From IMG/VR virus record IMGVR_UViG_3300024327_000658: DNA of 59,495 nucleotides. One strand, written 5' to 3'. A program made the translations under genes and the position numbers. Below are positions 37,729 through 47,924 of the stretch, in pieces; position 1 is the stretch's first letter, and each line of letters opens with the position of its first letter. The notes under the pieces were generated by a model. The model did no database searches, was not told the DNA's origin, and worked only from the letters and a program-made list of their open reading frames with translations. The stretch comes from an uncultured virus (IMG/VR IMGVR_UViG_3300024327_000658) (lineage: Duplodnaviria > Heunggongvirae > Uroviricota > Caudoviricetes).

Positions 37729-38576
37729 TTCCCTATCACCATAAATCTGTCATATAACGGTAAGGAGCGTTTTCCTTTATATAAAACATCTTTAATTTGA
37801 TTTTTTTCAACCAACTCATTAACATCTTTTACACAATTTATATGATCATCTAACTCAAAATAATTATTTGATTGTATTGCTATAGTAGGTTTTATTGGAT
37901 AATCTTTATAGCAGTCTTTCATTAAAGCAATATCAGCCATATGTTCTGAAGAAGTGTTTATTATTAATTGCCGTCTTCTCAATTCTGTACGTTCAAAAAA
38001 ATCTCCAAATTGTGCAATTTTAAATTTTTCATCAAAGTGATTTTTATACTGTGCAAATATTTTATGACAATTTTCATCCAAATCATATAAATCAATTTGA
38101 GATATGTTGAAATTTTTCGACAACATTTCAATTAATGGATATCCAAACCACGAACCGATTATATCAATATGAAGATCCCCCGAATATTGTATTTTTTTTA
38201 GTTCTTGAGAAAGCCACAATTTAGATTCATATTGACCTTGAGATACGGAATCATCAAAATTATTAGAATACGACGGCAGATTATTATTAACCCACTGATT
38301 AACCCAATAATATGGAGTTTCTCGATTATCATTTTCACACATAGAAATTTTTTCTTTATGTTCTCCAATAGTATCTCTAATCGAACCAATTTCTGTATTG
38401 TGTTCTCCAATAGTATCTCTAATCGAACCAATTTCTGTATTGTGTTTTCCGATTTCTGTATTGTGTTCTCCAATAGTGTCTTTAATCAAACCAATTTGAT
38501 CATTATAAGATCCTATTTCAATATTATGAAGACTTATATCGTTTTTATTTTTTCGCCAATTATAAATTTGTTCCAT
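37722..38576 (-). CDS. Class I SAM-dependent methyltransferase-like protein with N-terminal heptad coiled coil
   Basis: GQ.ESKLWL, IDIIGSWFG, LYDLD, IINTSSEHM, QSNNY, HINCV, RFMVIG. Start placed at MEQIY. Confidence 0.7.
   Translation of the reverse strand: MEQIYNWRKNKNDISLHNIEIGSYNDQIGLIKDTIGEHNTEIGKHNTEIGSIRDTIGEHNTEIGSIRDTIGEHKEKISMCENDNRETPYYWVNQWVNNNLPSYSNNFDDSVSQGQYESKLWLSQELKKIQYSGDLHIDIIGSWFGYPLIEMLSKNFNISQIDLYDLDENCHKIFAQYKNHFDEKFKIAQFGDFFERTELRRRQLIINTSSEHMADIALMKDCYKDYPIKPTIAIQSNNYFELDDHINCVKDVNELVEKNQIKDVLYKGKRSLPLYDRFMVIGKW
38359..38497. repeat. Coding tandem repeat with 21/42-nt units (IGEHNTE/IGSIRDT heptads)
   Basis: Two identical 42-nt copies (38359-38400, 38401-38442) plus degenerate units. 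Confidence 0.92.
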
Positions 38577-38979
38577 ATACACAATATTGTTTATATTTTT
38601 TATTTTTACATTGTATTTCGAATGAATCAAAAACTTCTGTTAATTCATTATCATCGACCAGTTTATTAATCGAACAAATAGGATTACAATCACCATTATG
38701 TTCTTTATCATCACCTTTTAAAATGAAAATTCCTTTATGCATTCGACCCACAGGATATGTTTTTTCACAATTATAATGTAATACACAAGTATGCAATTTA
38801 ACATCATCAAACACAAAATCATTACACCTAACATTTGACATATATCTAAAATTAATATCATAATTTATATTATCAATTTCCATATCCAATCCCCTCAAAG
38901 TCTTGATAAACTTAAAATTGGGACAACATAATACAGATATTTTTTCGTGATTTACAGCCCAATAGAATAAGTTTTCCAT
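38560..38979 (-). CDS. Hypothetical protein, possibly a short divergent paralog of the adjacent methyltransferase-like gene
   Basis: VLHYNCEK..., HNGDCNPI.SINKLVDDN, YCVYG parallel IINTSSEH, HINCV..VNELVEKN, FMVIG. Confidence 0.5.
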   Translation of the reverse strand: MENLFYWAVNHEKISVLCCPNFKFIKTLRGLDMEIDNINYDINFRYMSNVRCNDFVFDDVKLHTCVLHYNCEKTYPVGRMHKGIFILKGDDKEHNGDCNPICSINKLVDDNELTEVFDSFEIQCKNKKYKQYCVYGTNL

Positions 38980-39677
38980 AATTCCTGTACAGGTGATTCA
39001 TGTAATTCATAGTGTTTGATATCTTTCATATTTTTATTATTGAAAAGATGAGATGTATTGAACAATGTCACTTTATTTTTTAATTGATATTGTTCTTTAT
39101 TATAGTTTGAAAATAGGTCTTTTTCCCACAAATTCAATTTATTATTTCTATGATGCTGATAAAACAAATATTTGTCTAAACTTTTATATGTCCATTTTAT
39201 CTTTTCCCAATTATTTTTAGTATAAGTTAAAAGCCAAGAAGCTGTCCCTTTATCCCATGCAACAAATGATGAGTTTGTATGACAAGACACTCCGCGACCA
39301 TAATTGAATAAACTAATTTTTTCATAATCATTCCAATAGTTCCATATAAATGTAATATTATGATGTTTTCTTGTTATCAATTCGGTTATATCTTCATGAA
39401 CCAATACATCTAAATCTATCCAAATATTTTTATCATATTCGTCATTATCAATAAGAAATAATTTTTCATATGTAAAAACTCTCTTTGTATCATATGGCCT
39501 AAGTTCTTGTATATCCTTTGTTTCGATTCTAGAAGATATTCCTCTAGAATCATCAGTATAGCACACAAAATGAAATGGAACTCGACAATATTTCAACAAT
39601 CCACCATACGTTCTATTAACATAATCAAAATTATATTTTGTACCCCACTTGAGACAATTAATTTTAATCTTATTCAT
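38952..39677 (-). CDS. GT-A fold glycosyltransferase (GT8-like)
   Basis: CLKWGTKY...YVNR, F.CYTDD..GI, WIDLDVLV, NSSFVAW. Start placed at MNKIK. Confidence 0.78.
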   Translation of the reverse strand: MNKIKINCLKWGTKYNFDYVNRTYGGLLKYCRVPFHFVCYTDDSRGISSRIETKDIQELRPYDTKRVFTYEKLFLIDNDEYDKNIWIDLDVLVHEDITELITRKHHNITFIWNYWNDYEKISLFNYGRGVSCHTNSSFVAWDKGTASWLLTYTKNNWEKIKWTYKSLDKYLFYQHHRNNKLNLWEKDLFSNYNKEQYQLKNKVTLFNTSHLFNNKNMKDIKHYELHESPVQELWKTYSIGL

Positions 39678-40497
39678 AGATAAACAATGGCTCCATTTTT
39701 TTGAACGACTCATCAGGATCATCATATGGCACGTCTTTGACAAACCAAGATTTATCAATTTTATTATACATTATAACATCATAAACTAATTGGGCAAACT
39801 TCATGTTTTGTTCTGATGTCATGTGATTTAATAAAAAAATATCACTGTTGGACGCTTGACCAACTATATGCCCAATGGGAATTTTCACATAATCAAAATT
39901 ACTCGAATCCAAAGAATCAAATATTAACGAATTCAATAATTTGGTAGAGGTTATATTAAAATTTTTATAATAACTTATATAATGATCTAAACTAAAACAA
40001 GTGAAAACTATAAATCTAATATTTTTAAAGTTGTTAGCTATTAATCGCAAAAAAGAAATATTTTTTACATTTTCATACAAAAACATTGGTCCTAAAGATT
40101 GTGCAATAATTTTAATTTCATTACCAAGTTTTAAAATACTTTCGAAGTTCTGAGACGTGTTCCCCGCAACTTTTTTCATGAAATGAGCATCTCCCGCATA
40201 ATCATCTTCTGCTATTTGAAAAATACCATAAGCCGAATCATTTTTATTTTTCAAAAACGAAAAGTTTAGTCTTTTTTGATCTGACAAAGCCACAAATACT
40301 GTATCATGCGGTTTAATAAGTTCTTCTTCTAATTGAAAAACAAGTTTTGTTAAGGCATCATTGGGACCCGATCCGGCCTTCCCAAAACCCCGCACGTTTT
40401 CCTTTTTCAATACTGACAATCGATGAGGCCAACAACATTTGTCTGTAACATTTTCACAAATACAAGCAAAACTATCTCCAAAAATATGAATTGTCAT
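39670..40497 (-). CDS. SGNH/GDSL-like hydrolase or acyltransferase
   Basis: IFGDSF (block I), G..GSG (block II), C-terminal LNHMT..QN..FA; ATGA overlap with the upstream stop. Confidence 0.65.
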   Translation of the reverse strand: MTIHIFGDSFACICENVTDKCCWPHRLSVLKKENVRGFGKAGSGPNDALTKLVFQLEEELIKPHDTVFVALSDQKRLNFSFLKNKNDSAYGIFQIAEDDYAGDAHFMKKVAGNTSQNFESILKLGNEIKIIAQSLGPMFLYENVKNISFLRLIANNFKNIRFIVFTCFSLDHYISYYKNFNITSTKLLNSLIFDSLDSSNFDYVKIPIGHIVGQASNSDIFLLNHMTSEQNMKFAQLVYDVIMYNKIDKSWFVKDVPYDDPDESFKKMEPLFIYE

Positions 40498-41534
40498 TTC
40501 CACTGATCTCCAAATGTATCAAACCCTGTACCGCATTTTTCTGCACACACTATTGATTTTCCCTGTGAACAAGAACTCATATTCCAAGACTGTTCTATTT
40601 TTCTGAAAAAACTTCCTTCTATTATTTCATTTAATGGTTTATATAAAGCATTAATGTTTTTAATATCATCTAGATAATACCATATCTGGTTCTGTCCTAA
40701 TTGTTCATATAATTTATATAATTTTCCAGCAGTCCAACAACAGGGGGTAACCAATCCCTCTGCTGAAATATAAATTTCTCTTGACTTTAAAGATTTACAT
40801 TCTATTCCAGTACTGTCTAAATAATTTTGAAAAGTGCCGTGATAGTTAAGCAGTTTATCATATTCGTTTACACTTTTATTTTGATGTTCTTTTTTGATTG
40901 GAGGCTTAATTTCATTTCCTTTAATAGTTGTTTTTTTGAATATTTTATCATCTTTATAGCTTTGAACCCATCTACCAGTTTTTTTCTTTATAAAATCAAG
41001 ACCGAATAATTTAGCCATACGTTCTGCTTCTTCCACTTGATGCTCATTGTGTTCAAATATCAAAAACACCCAAACACCTTTTCCGCCTGCTTGCGTAAAC
41101 ACATCCATTGAATTTTCAACTCGGGCCCAATCAACATTTACTCGATATAAATGATTCGTATCATCCAAACCATCTACCGAAAAAGACACTCTACCGTGAT
41201 GTCCAAAAATTCCTGCAAGTCTTTTCCACCAATCATCTGATCGTCCTCCAGCATTTGTAGTCATATGAAGATATAAGTCTTTATTATTATATCGCAACCA
41301 TTCATATATGTCAAGGGAGTCTTTTGCCGCCAGGGGGTCTCCATGATTGCCACACATGAGAAAACTAGTCAATTGTTGTGCTAAACTAACATCGATAATT
41401 TGTTTAAATTGATCAATAGAAATTTCAGCATTCTTTATGTGTGGATTATTGGTTCTATCACACATAGGACACATTGCTTGACATTTTTGTGTAGGCTCAA
41501 AATGTATATGTCTTATATCATTAAGTCTGTACAT
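40494..41534 (-). CDS. Radical SAM protein, type B (C-terminal Cys-rich twitch/SPASM-like domain)
   Basis: CQAMCPMC, CGNHGDP, TNAG, FSVDG, VTPCC, CAEKC. Confidence 0.92.
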   Translation of the reverse strand: MYRLNDIRHIHFEPTQKCQAMCPMCDRTNNPHIKNAEISIDQFKQIIDVSLAQQLTSFLMCGNHGDPLAAKDSLDIYEWLRYNNKDLYLHMTTNAGGRSDDWWKRLAGIFGHHGRVSFSVDGLDDTNHLYRVNVDWARVENSMDVFTQAGGKGVWVFLIFEHNEHQVEEAERMAKLFGLDFIKKKTGRWVQSYKDDKIFKKTTIKGNEIKPPIKKEHQNKSVNEYDKLLNYHGTFQNYLDSTGIECKSLKSREIYISAEGLVTPCCWTAGKLYKLYEQLGQNQIWYYLDDIKNINALYKPLNEIIEGSFFRKIEQSWNMSSCSQGKSIVCAEKCGTGFDTFGDQWK

Positions 41535-42316
41535 AAATCTTTCGCTTTTTCTAAACAGCTATCAAATCTAGGAGAACTAAAGTGCCCCTGATTATTAATC
41601 TCTTCATTGATATCTATATTTGTGGTATGTGCTATAGTATCAATATTCATTGCTCTAGATAAATGAGTCCACATTCCTTCTGTAGCAAAAATAAAATCAG
41701 ACATTTGTAATATTTCTACATTTCTAGAATAGTTAAAATCCTCTAAAGGAAAAAATGTTATTTCTGGAAACTTTCTAATCAAAAAGTCTATCTTCATTCT
41801 TTGTTTTTTAGTTACTATATCTTGATTTTTATCATACACCAGATAACAAACTTTTTTTCTTTTTTCTCTAATATCAAAATCAATAGGCCAATACGATCCA
41901 TCAGTCCATATTTTATTGTACAGCATATTAAAAGTATTATTATAGTAATTACACCCTGTCGGAAGAGATATTTTTTTAAAATCTTTATCGTAAGTATTCT
42001 CGTAGGTATTTTCAATCATTACATGAGCGTCTTGCCATGATATTTTTTTCTTTAAATGCACAGTTGTAATTTTATTTTTAGGTCTTTTAAACTGAAAAAA
42101 ATCAATTATTTGATAAAAATCTTCACATAAAAGTTTCTTTGGCTTTGGATGAACGTCCAGTGATTCACACATATAAACGACACTATCACGTTCAAAATAA
42201 TCCATTACACTTAGAAATGCAGAAACATATACGAACCTATCTCCAAGCCCCCCATCATTCGGGACAAAATAAAAAGTTAAAGGATCAGACAAAGAGGATT
42301 TATGGAAAACATTCAT
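41513..42316 (-). CDS. GT-B-like glycosyltransferase (GT9/fucosyltransferase-like)
   Basis: GGLGDRF near the N-terminus; SDFIFATEGMWTHLSRAM resembles the GT9 D(S/T)G..H.A.A motif. Confidence 0.5.
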   Translation of the reverse strand: MNVFHKSSLSDPLTFYFVPNDGGLGDRFVYVSAFLSVMDYFERDSVVYMCESLDVHPKPKKLLCEDFYQIIDFFQFKRPKNKITTVHLKKKISWQDAHVMIENTYENTYDKDFKKISLPTGCNYYNNTFNMLYNKIWTDGSYWPIDFDIREKRKKVCYLVYDKNQDIVTKKQRMKIDFLIRKFPEITFFPLEDFNYSRNVEILQMSDFIFATEGMWTHLSRAMNIDTIAHTTNIDINEEINNQGHFSSPRFDSCLEKAKDLCTDLMI

Positions 42317-42494
42317 ATTTTTTTACATACCATTTAATAACATTTTTATAAAATTGCTGGCTATCATGATCTGCTTTGAATTGTTTTATGAAGGCACTTG
42401 TTGCATTATGATTTGATAATATTATTGAAGAAATGTTTTGCAATTCTCGTAAAGAATAATCTTGTATGATATTATCGATTATTTTTTCGTTCAT
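42300..42494 (-). CDS. Small hypothetical protein, 64 aa
   Basis: Fills the gap in the minus-strand operon and overlaps the next start. Confidence 0.55.
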   Translation of the reverse strand: MNEKIIDNIIQDYSLRELQNISSIILSNHNATSAFIKQFKADHDSQQFYKNVIKWYVKKYECFP

Positions 42495-42510
42495 AATTTT
42501 CTAAAACAAT

Positions 42511-43583
42511 TTATGAGCATTTCCATAAAGGCAATGAGCAATTTAATTTCTTTTTTGGAATTTTGCTATCTGCAGAACTCACACACGCATCCGTAATACA
42601 AGGTTTTACATCATTAAATAATTTAAATCCTGTTTCAATATTTCCTAAAGGAACATCTCTGCAAGAATAAGATCGCTTAATGCTCCCATCAGGCTCACGA
42701 ATAATACAACTACGATAGCCAGAAGAACACATCCATTCTTTGAAATTATTAAAATTAAACGCATTGAACCTTTCAGATTGATCAAGATACCATTCATTTC
42801 CCTCATCATCATTCATCACAATTTCAAATTCTTGACGAATATTTTTGAGTTTTTTTGATTTAACTTCCATATTTGTAATCTGAGGCATTCCATTATGTAG
42901 TATATGTATTTGTTCTTTTGTATATCCATCAACAACAAACGTTGCGGTAGGATCACTCTGGGGTTTAAGCGTTACGTTTATACCTCGTTCATAAAAATAA
43001 AGCAGATTTTTATATGTTTCATCAAAAGTTTCTGGTATCATAACAGAATTAATTGTGACACGCACACCATTACGTTGACAAAATTCAAGTTTATCAGCAA
43101 AACCCTCAAACTTGTCCAGATCAAGATATTCACGATGAAATGATGCGGTAATAGATGCTCTTGTAAATTTTTTAGCGGATTCGACATATCGTTCAAACCA
43201 TTTCATAGGCCGAGAACAATTTGATGTCATATGTATAGAAGAATAATTAGTATTATGTACATCATCAGAAAGATGCTTAAGTATGTCTAAATATCCTGAT
43301 GAAAAGTGGGTTCACCCCCAGATAAGCTAAAATGAAAACTATTAAACCCTCTCTGTCTCGCCTGTAATTTAATTTCATCGATTGTTTCAAGACACAACTT
43401 AGTGGGCCTATGATCTTTCGTATTGCTTCTAGCATATGGCCAACAATACGAACATCTATAATTACAAAATCGACCTAACAGCCAGGACACTGTAAATAAG
43501 TCAGTATCCAACATTTTCCAGGTCCCAACTCGTTCAATTCTATCCCAAGGTATCTTGGTAAAATCATATTCACTTAATTTCAT
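42511..43583 (-). pseudogene. Radical SAM protein, type C, split by a 1-nt frameshift near 43297 (or a sequencing error)
   Basis: The upstream frame has CNYRCSYC and SGGEPTFH. One added base gives H-P-GYLDILKHL...IHMTSN, in frame with the downstream ORF (~357 aa total). Confidence 0.85.
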
Positions 43584-44932
43584 TTAACTCTTACTAATTC
43601 ATTATTTTCAATTTGATAATTGTCATAATAATCATTAAAATTCTGACCCCAAATTTCATCTGATTTTTTTCGATATATCAAAAATCTATTAAAATTATTA
43701 TAAGAAAGTTTTGTGTTTTTCACATAATGCACAATATAGTCGAGCCATATTTTTGCTTGTCTCTCATATAATATATTACCCGTCATGTCTTTTTTTTCTA
43801 TAAGTTCATAAGTTTTTTTAATATCGTGTTCTGTTTCTTCTGCAAAATCATACATGATCAAAGACGGATTTATATACTTCGGAGTTTGCACAATAGACGC
43901 ATTAAATTGTATTTCAGAATTTGGTTTATCAGTGGGAGGATATAAATCAAGTATTGAATCAAAAATATCATACAGATCTAGCATTTGATATATTGAAGTG
44001 GTTATTGATGCGCTTAAATAAGTATGTTTATTTTCTTTTTTAAAATTATATATATTTTGTTTCAGTTTTTCCCAATCACCACCATTTCTAAAATAAGGAT
44101 ACATTTTTCTTCCAGCATCAATAGATATGATTATAGACGAAGATTTAAAAGGAGCTAAAAGTTCTGATAATTTTAAAACGTCTAAATTAGGAGAATTAAA
44201 ATTTGAATGAAAACTAATATTCATATTTTTAGCATTAGGATGTTCGGCTAATCCTTTAAGCGTAGGAAAAAACTGTTTTTGATATAACAATTCTCCTCCA
44301 GAAAAATCAATATACTCCAAATAGGGAAAATTTTCATTCAAATCATCAATGATTTTCAAAGCATCTTCTGTCGAAAGGCTCATTTCATTTTTATCATTCG
44401 GACCATGTCGATGTTCTGTTCCCAATAATTGTCTTAAATCATATTGATGCACTTCTTTATCAGGTTTATAATTTAATAGTTTAGTAATCCACCCAGAAGA
44501 ATAAACCTTAGAACAATGCAAACATGCAAAATTACATGCTGTGCTAAATCTTAATTCTAAATGCCTTAATCCCTTAAAATCAGTTTTATGATTATTTTTA
44601 TCATAACATTTTAATAATGGAGTGTTACAACTTTCGCGGTTCAGCTCAGTTGTACCCCCGTGGCTTTTATGGAACCAACCATCTATCGGCAAATAATCTT
44701 TTCTCATAGAAATTAAATTATCTCGTTCCATATCTTCACATGTATCACAGCCTGACGGCCACTTGTCTTGATATAGAAGTTCTCTGAGATTTCTAAAATT
44801 TTGATGATTAAATATTTCAGAAGGCAAAACAGTTTCATGTGTATAGACCAATTGATCTGATTGTCTAGGACATGTTGTAATCACGCCATTCTTATAATTT
44901 ATTCCACCCAAAGCATAATAGCATTTTAACAT
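43580..44932 (-). CDS. Radical SAM protein, type A (N-terminal twitch-like domain)
   Basis: N-terminal C..., TCP, GCDTC; CNFACLHC; SGGE; ISIDA. Confidence 0.92.
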   Translation of the reverse strand: MLKCYYALGGINYKNGVITTCPRQSDQLVYTHETVLPSEIFNHQNFRNLRELLYQDKWPSGCDTCEDMERDNLISMRKDYLPIDGWFHKSHGGTTELNRESCNTPLLKCYDKNNHKTDFKGLRHLELRFSTACNFACLHCSKVYSSGWITKLLNYKPDKEVHQYDLRQLLGTEHRHGPNDKNEMSLSTEDALKIIDDLNENFPYLEYIDFSGGELLYQKQFFPTLKGLAEHPNAKNMNISFHSNFNSPNLDVLKLSELLAPFKSSSIIISIDAGRKMYPYFRNGGDWEKLKQNIYNFKKENKHTYLSASITTSIYQMLDLYDIFDSILDLYPPTDKPNSEIQFNASIVQTPKYINPSLIMYDFAEETEHDIKKTYELIEKKDMTGNILYERQAKIWLDYIVHYVKNTKLSYNNFNRFLIYRKKSDEIWGQNFNDYYDNYQIENNELVRVK

Positions 44933-45855
44933 TAAAATTCTTCATCTATAAATACATCTTGATTAGATTGCTTGCACGTAGTCCAACATTTTTCCATCGG
45001 ATTTTTGTTCCAAGAGTTTATTACATAATCATATAATTCTCCCGTCATTACTTCATCAGGAGTATTATATTTTAAATTAATTTCAAGAGGCCCTCCCAAT
45101 TCTTGATACTTTTTCATAAATCTAGTTTCTATTTCGTTACCACCATAGACCTGTAAATATTCAGAATTAAAAAAACAACATGGCAATAATGCTCCAGTAT
45201 GACTTAAAAAAATTCTTTTTTGATTTCCATATTTACACACTATTTTATGTTCCATCTTTCTAGTTTTAGTCTTTGATTCTTTATTATCATTTCTATGGGA
45301 ATATATCAATCTGAAATTTTCAAATCCTTCTTCTTTTGCTATTCGTTTTGCATCATCTATCAAATGCTCATTATGTTCAAATGCTATAAATTGCCAAGTC
45401 GCATGTCCTCCTGCTTTTATAAATTCTTTCCAATTTTCTTGGATTTTTTTATAATTAGAACCTATTCTATATTTTTCTAATGATTTTTGATCAACCCCGT
45501 CGATACCAAAAAATATAGATATTCTTCTTTCTCCTAAATTTTTCCAAAATTTCTTAGTTTTGGTTGAACCATTAGTTGATATGTTTATATTTACATCATC
45601 TAAATAATCTAAAATTTCTAATAATTCAGGATGCAATGTTGGTTCATCTATTGATCCACAAAAATTTATCAACTTGCAATTAGGAAAAGTTTTCTTTGTA
45701 ATCCATTTTTTAATTTGTTTGAGTGATATTACATCTTTATTTAAAACACTGTTTACTTTGTTTCTTTTAATTTGACGAAAACATCCAGGACAATCAATAT
45801 TACAATATGATGTCAATTCTATATCAATCCACTCAATCGTGTCTCTAGACCACAT
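44932..45855 (-). CDS. Radical SAM protein, type B
   Basis: IELTSYCNIDCPGC, CGSIDEP, STNG, FGIDG, LPCC, CWTTC. Confidence 0.92.
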   Translation of the reverse strand: MWSRDTIEWIDIELTSYCNIDCPGCFRQIKRNKVNSVLNKDVISLKQIKKWITKKTFPNCKLINFCGSIDEPTLHPELLEILDYLDDVNINISTNGSTKTKKFWKNLGERRISIFFGIDGVDQKSLEKYRIGSNYKKIQENWKEFIKAGGHATWQFIAFEHNEHLIDDAKRIAKEEGFENFRLIYSHRNDNKESKTKTRKMEHKIVCKYGNQKRIFLSHTGALLPCCFFNSEYLQVYGGNEIETRFMKKYQELGGPLEINLKYNTPDEVMTGELYDYVINSWNKNPMEKCWTTCKQSNQDVFIDEEF

Positions 45856-47093
45856 AAACTCTCTTTCCAATTAGTATTTCTTGCTTTATCTAGATCATTA
45901 AGATAATTTATCAATATATCGCCATTATCTGACCAACCATCTTTTTCAAACATATAATTTATATAAAAAGGCAAAACTTCTTTTGCTTTTTCGGTAAACA
46001 TATATGAATCAATATTTTTTTTGATTTCATTTTTTAGTTCAATGGGCAAATTTTGTGCCGACAGGTGATACGGTTCTGTGACATGGTTTTCAAATAAAAA
46101 TCTTATGTTTGGAAAATTTTCACGCAAAAAATCATATGTATCAATAAGATAAAACATACTCACATTACTACACGTCCATTGAAATGATACATCAAAATTC
46201 GAAGGAAATTCTTTTAGATTATTACACCATTCATCCCACTTCAAACCATATCTAAAATACTCTCCAGCCCGTTCAACACAATCAACCGAAAGCCTAAGTC
46301 TCACTTTTTTAAAATTCTCCATATTTTCAAATTTTAAAGAACCATTACTCACATATGATATTTCCACATTCTTAGCATATGAACTTCCATTCAACCGCTT
46401 AATAAATTCATTATGTCGTTTATTCCAAAAACTTTCGCCGCCTAGAAAATTATATCTTTTTATTTGACTTATATCTAAATTATCCCAAAACGCACTATCT
46501 TGCGATATCCAAGCATTAGTATCATACCCAGTTCTATGAATATAATTATATTTTTCTATTAGTGTTCTATCTTCGAGCCATCTCGAACTAACGGCAGGAT
46601 TACAATGAATGCATTTAAAATTACAAATTGTACCTGTACGAACATCTATATGAAAAGGATGAACGTTTACATCACCATCATCCATTGTATGTGAGATTAA
46701 ATGTTCATATTTATCAAACCACATGTGATTTTCATCCATGCGTTTACTCACGCCGTTCAATTCTTCAACGTGCTTACATCTATTACAGTTTTCAGGCCAT
46801 TCATTATTTAAAAATGATTTGCGTATTTCTTTAAAATATAAACCATTCCATTGATCTTCTATACTACTGTTATCTAATTTGTTAACCCATTTCAGATATT
46901 CTTCGCCGAACTCCTTATTCAATGAATTAAAACTCCCCTCAGGAGGATTTTCAGATAGAGTGGGAATCCAATCAATATCTCGTTTACGAAACATTTGTTT
47001 CCATTGTTTTTCGATATCACTATAACCACACACTCTAGGTCTACCTGAAAGATTAGTTCCGAAATTAATCCAGGGTAAAATACAGGGCGTCAT
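45819..47093 (-). CDS. Radical SAM protein, type A
   Basis: CILPW, RVCG, NCNRC; CNFKCIHC.P..SSRW; LGGE; LSVD. Confidence 0.92.
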   Translation of the reverse strand: MTPCILPWINFGTNLSGRPRVCGYSDIEKQWKQMFRKRDIDWIPTLSENPPEGSFNSLNKEFGEEYLKWVNKLDNSSIEDQWNGLYFKEIRKSFLNNEWPENCNRCKHVEELNGVSKRMDENHMWFDKYEHLISHTMDDGDVNVHPFHIDVRTGTICNFKCIHCNPAVSSRWLEDRTLIEKYNYIHRTGYDTNAWISQDSAFWDNLDISQIKRYNFLGGESFWNKRHNEFIKRLNGSSYAKNVEISYVSNGSLKFENMENFKKVRLRLSVDCVERAGEYFRYGLKWDEWCNNLKEFPSNFDVSFQWTCSNVSMFYLIDTYDFLRENFPNIRFLFENHVTEPYHLSAQNLPIELKNEIKKNIDSYMFTEKAKEVLPFYINYMFEKDGWSDNGDILINYLNDLDKARNTNWKESLCGLETRLSGLI

Positions 47094-47924
47094 AATGACC
47101 TCAATAACGGTCTAATCCCTACAGGCTTATCATCATCCAATGCCAAATGAATTGTTTTTGTGGGTTTTAAATTAAAATCTTCACAAATTTTAAAATAGTT
47201 TTTTTCATATTTTCTCCAGAAATATTCTGGACCAAATTCCTCCATAAAACGAATTCCTAGATACATTAAAGGATGTTGATTCATATTAAAATTATTCATC
47301 AGTGTAATAGATCCTTCGGGTTCTTCACGAGCAAATCTTACACCAATTCTATTACCCCCAATACCAGCTTTACTCAAACTGACCGCAAATGTTTTAATCG
47401 CAGGATGATCGAAATTAAATTCAATATCACGAATACACCCAATCCAAGCAGAATCAACATGCACCGATATGTTTAATTCATGACATTTATCTAAAATTTC
47501 ATACATATTTGGATGCATATCACCATAATAAGGAAACGGCATAGCAATTAACAATTCTTTATTTGAATTTAATGTATCTATTGTAGCATATTTTATATTA
47601 TTATTCAACCTCCAATGGTATTTGTAATCTTTTTCAAAAGTTTGTATGTCTCCACATCTTTAATAAATCATCAATAAAATGAGTACATCCTTGTATTACA
47701 TGTTTCACAGGAAAAGCATTAATACCGCTAAACGTACTAAATTTATGATGTTTTAACCAATCAACAAGGGTATCTATAAAATAATCATCTAAACTCCCTT
47801 GTTGTGTTGGGCTATCTCTAAAAACACCAGCATAAAATTCGTTTATACTTTCATCAAACATTGGTTGCTGACGTTCATATTGCAACCATTCTCTTTTATA
47901 TTCTCTATTTGGATTATCTCTCAT
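47090..47924 (-). pseudogene. PLP-dependent fold-type-I (aminotransferase-like) protein split by a frameshift near 47660 (or a sequencing error)
   Basis: The upstream frame ends ...GCTHFIDDL. The second frame opens at 47659 (RCGDIQTFEKDYKYHWRL) and contains VHVDSAW and SLSK...G.RIG. Confidence 0.7.

Noticed and set aside
38359..38497. Short repeats as a possible CRISPR array or DGR template
   Set aside because: The units are contiguous multiples of 21 nt, in frame and without unique spacers; there is no cas or reverse transcriptase gene in the window.
42300..42494. 64-aa ORF as a RiPP precursor for the radical SAM enzymes
   Set aside because: It looks like a small globular helical protein with no leader/core pattern, and no PqqD/RRE domain, peptidase or exporter was recognised nearby.
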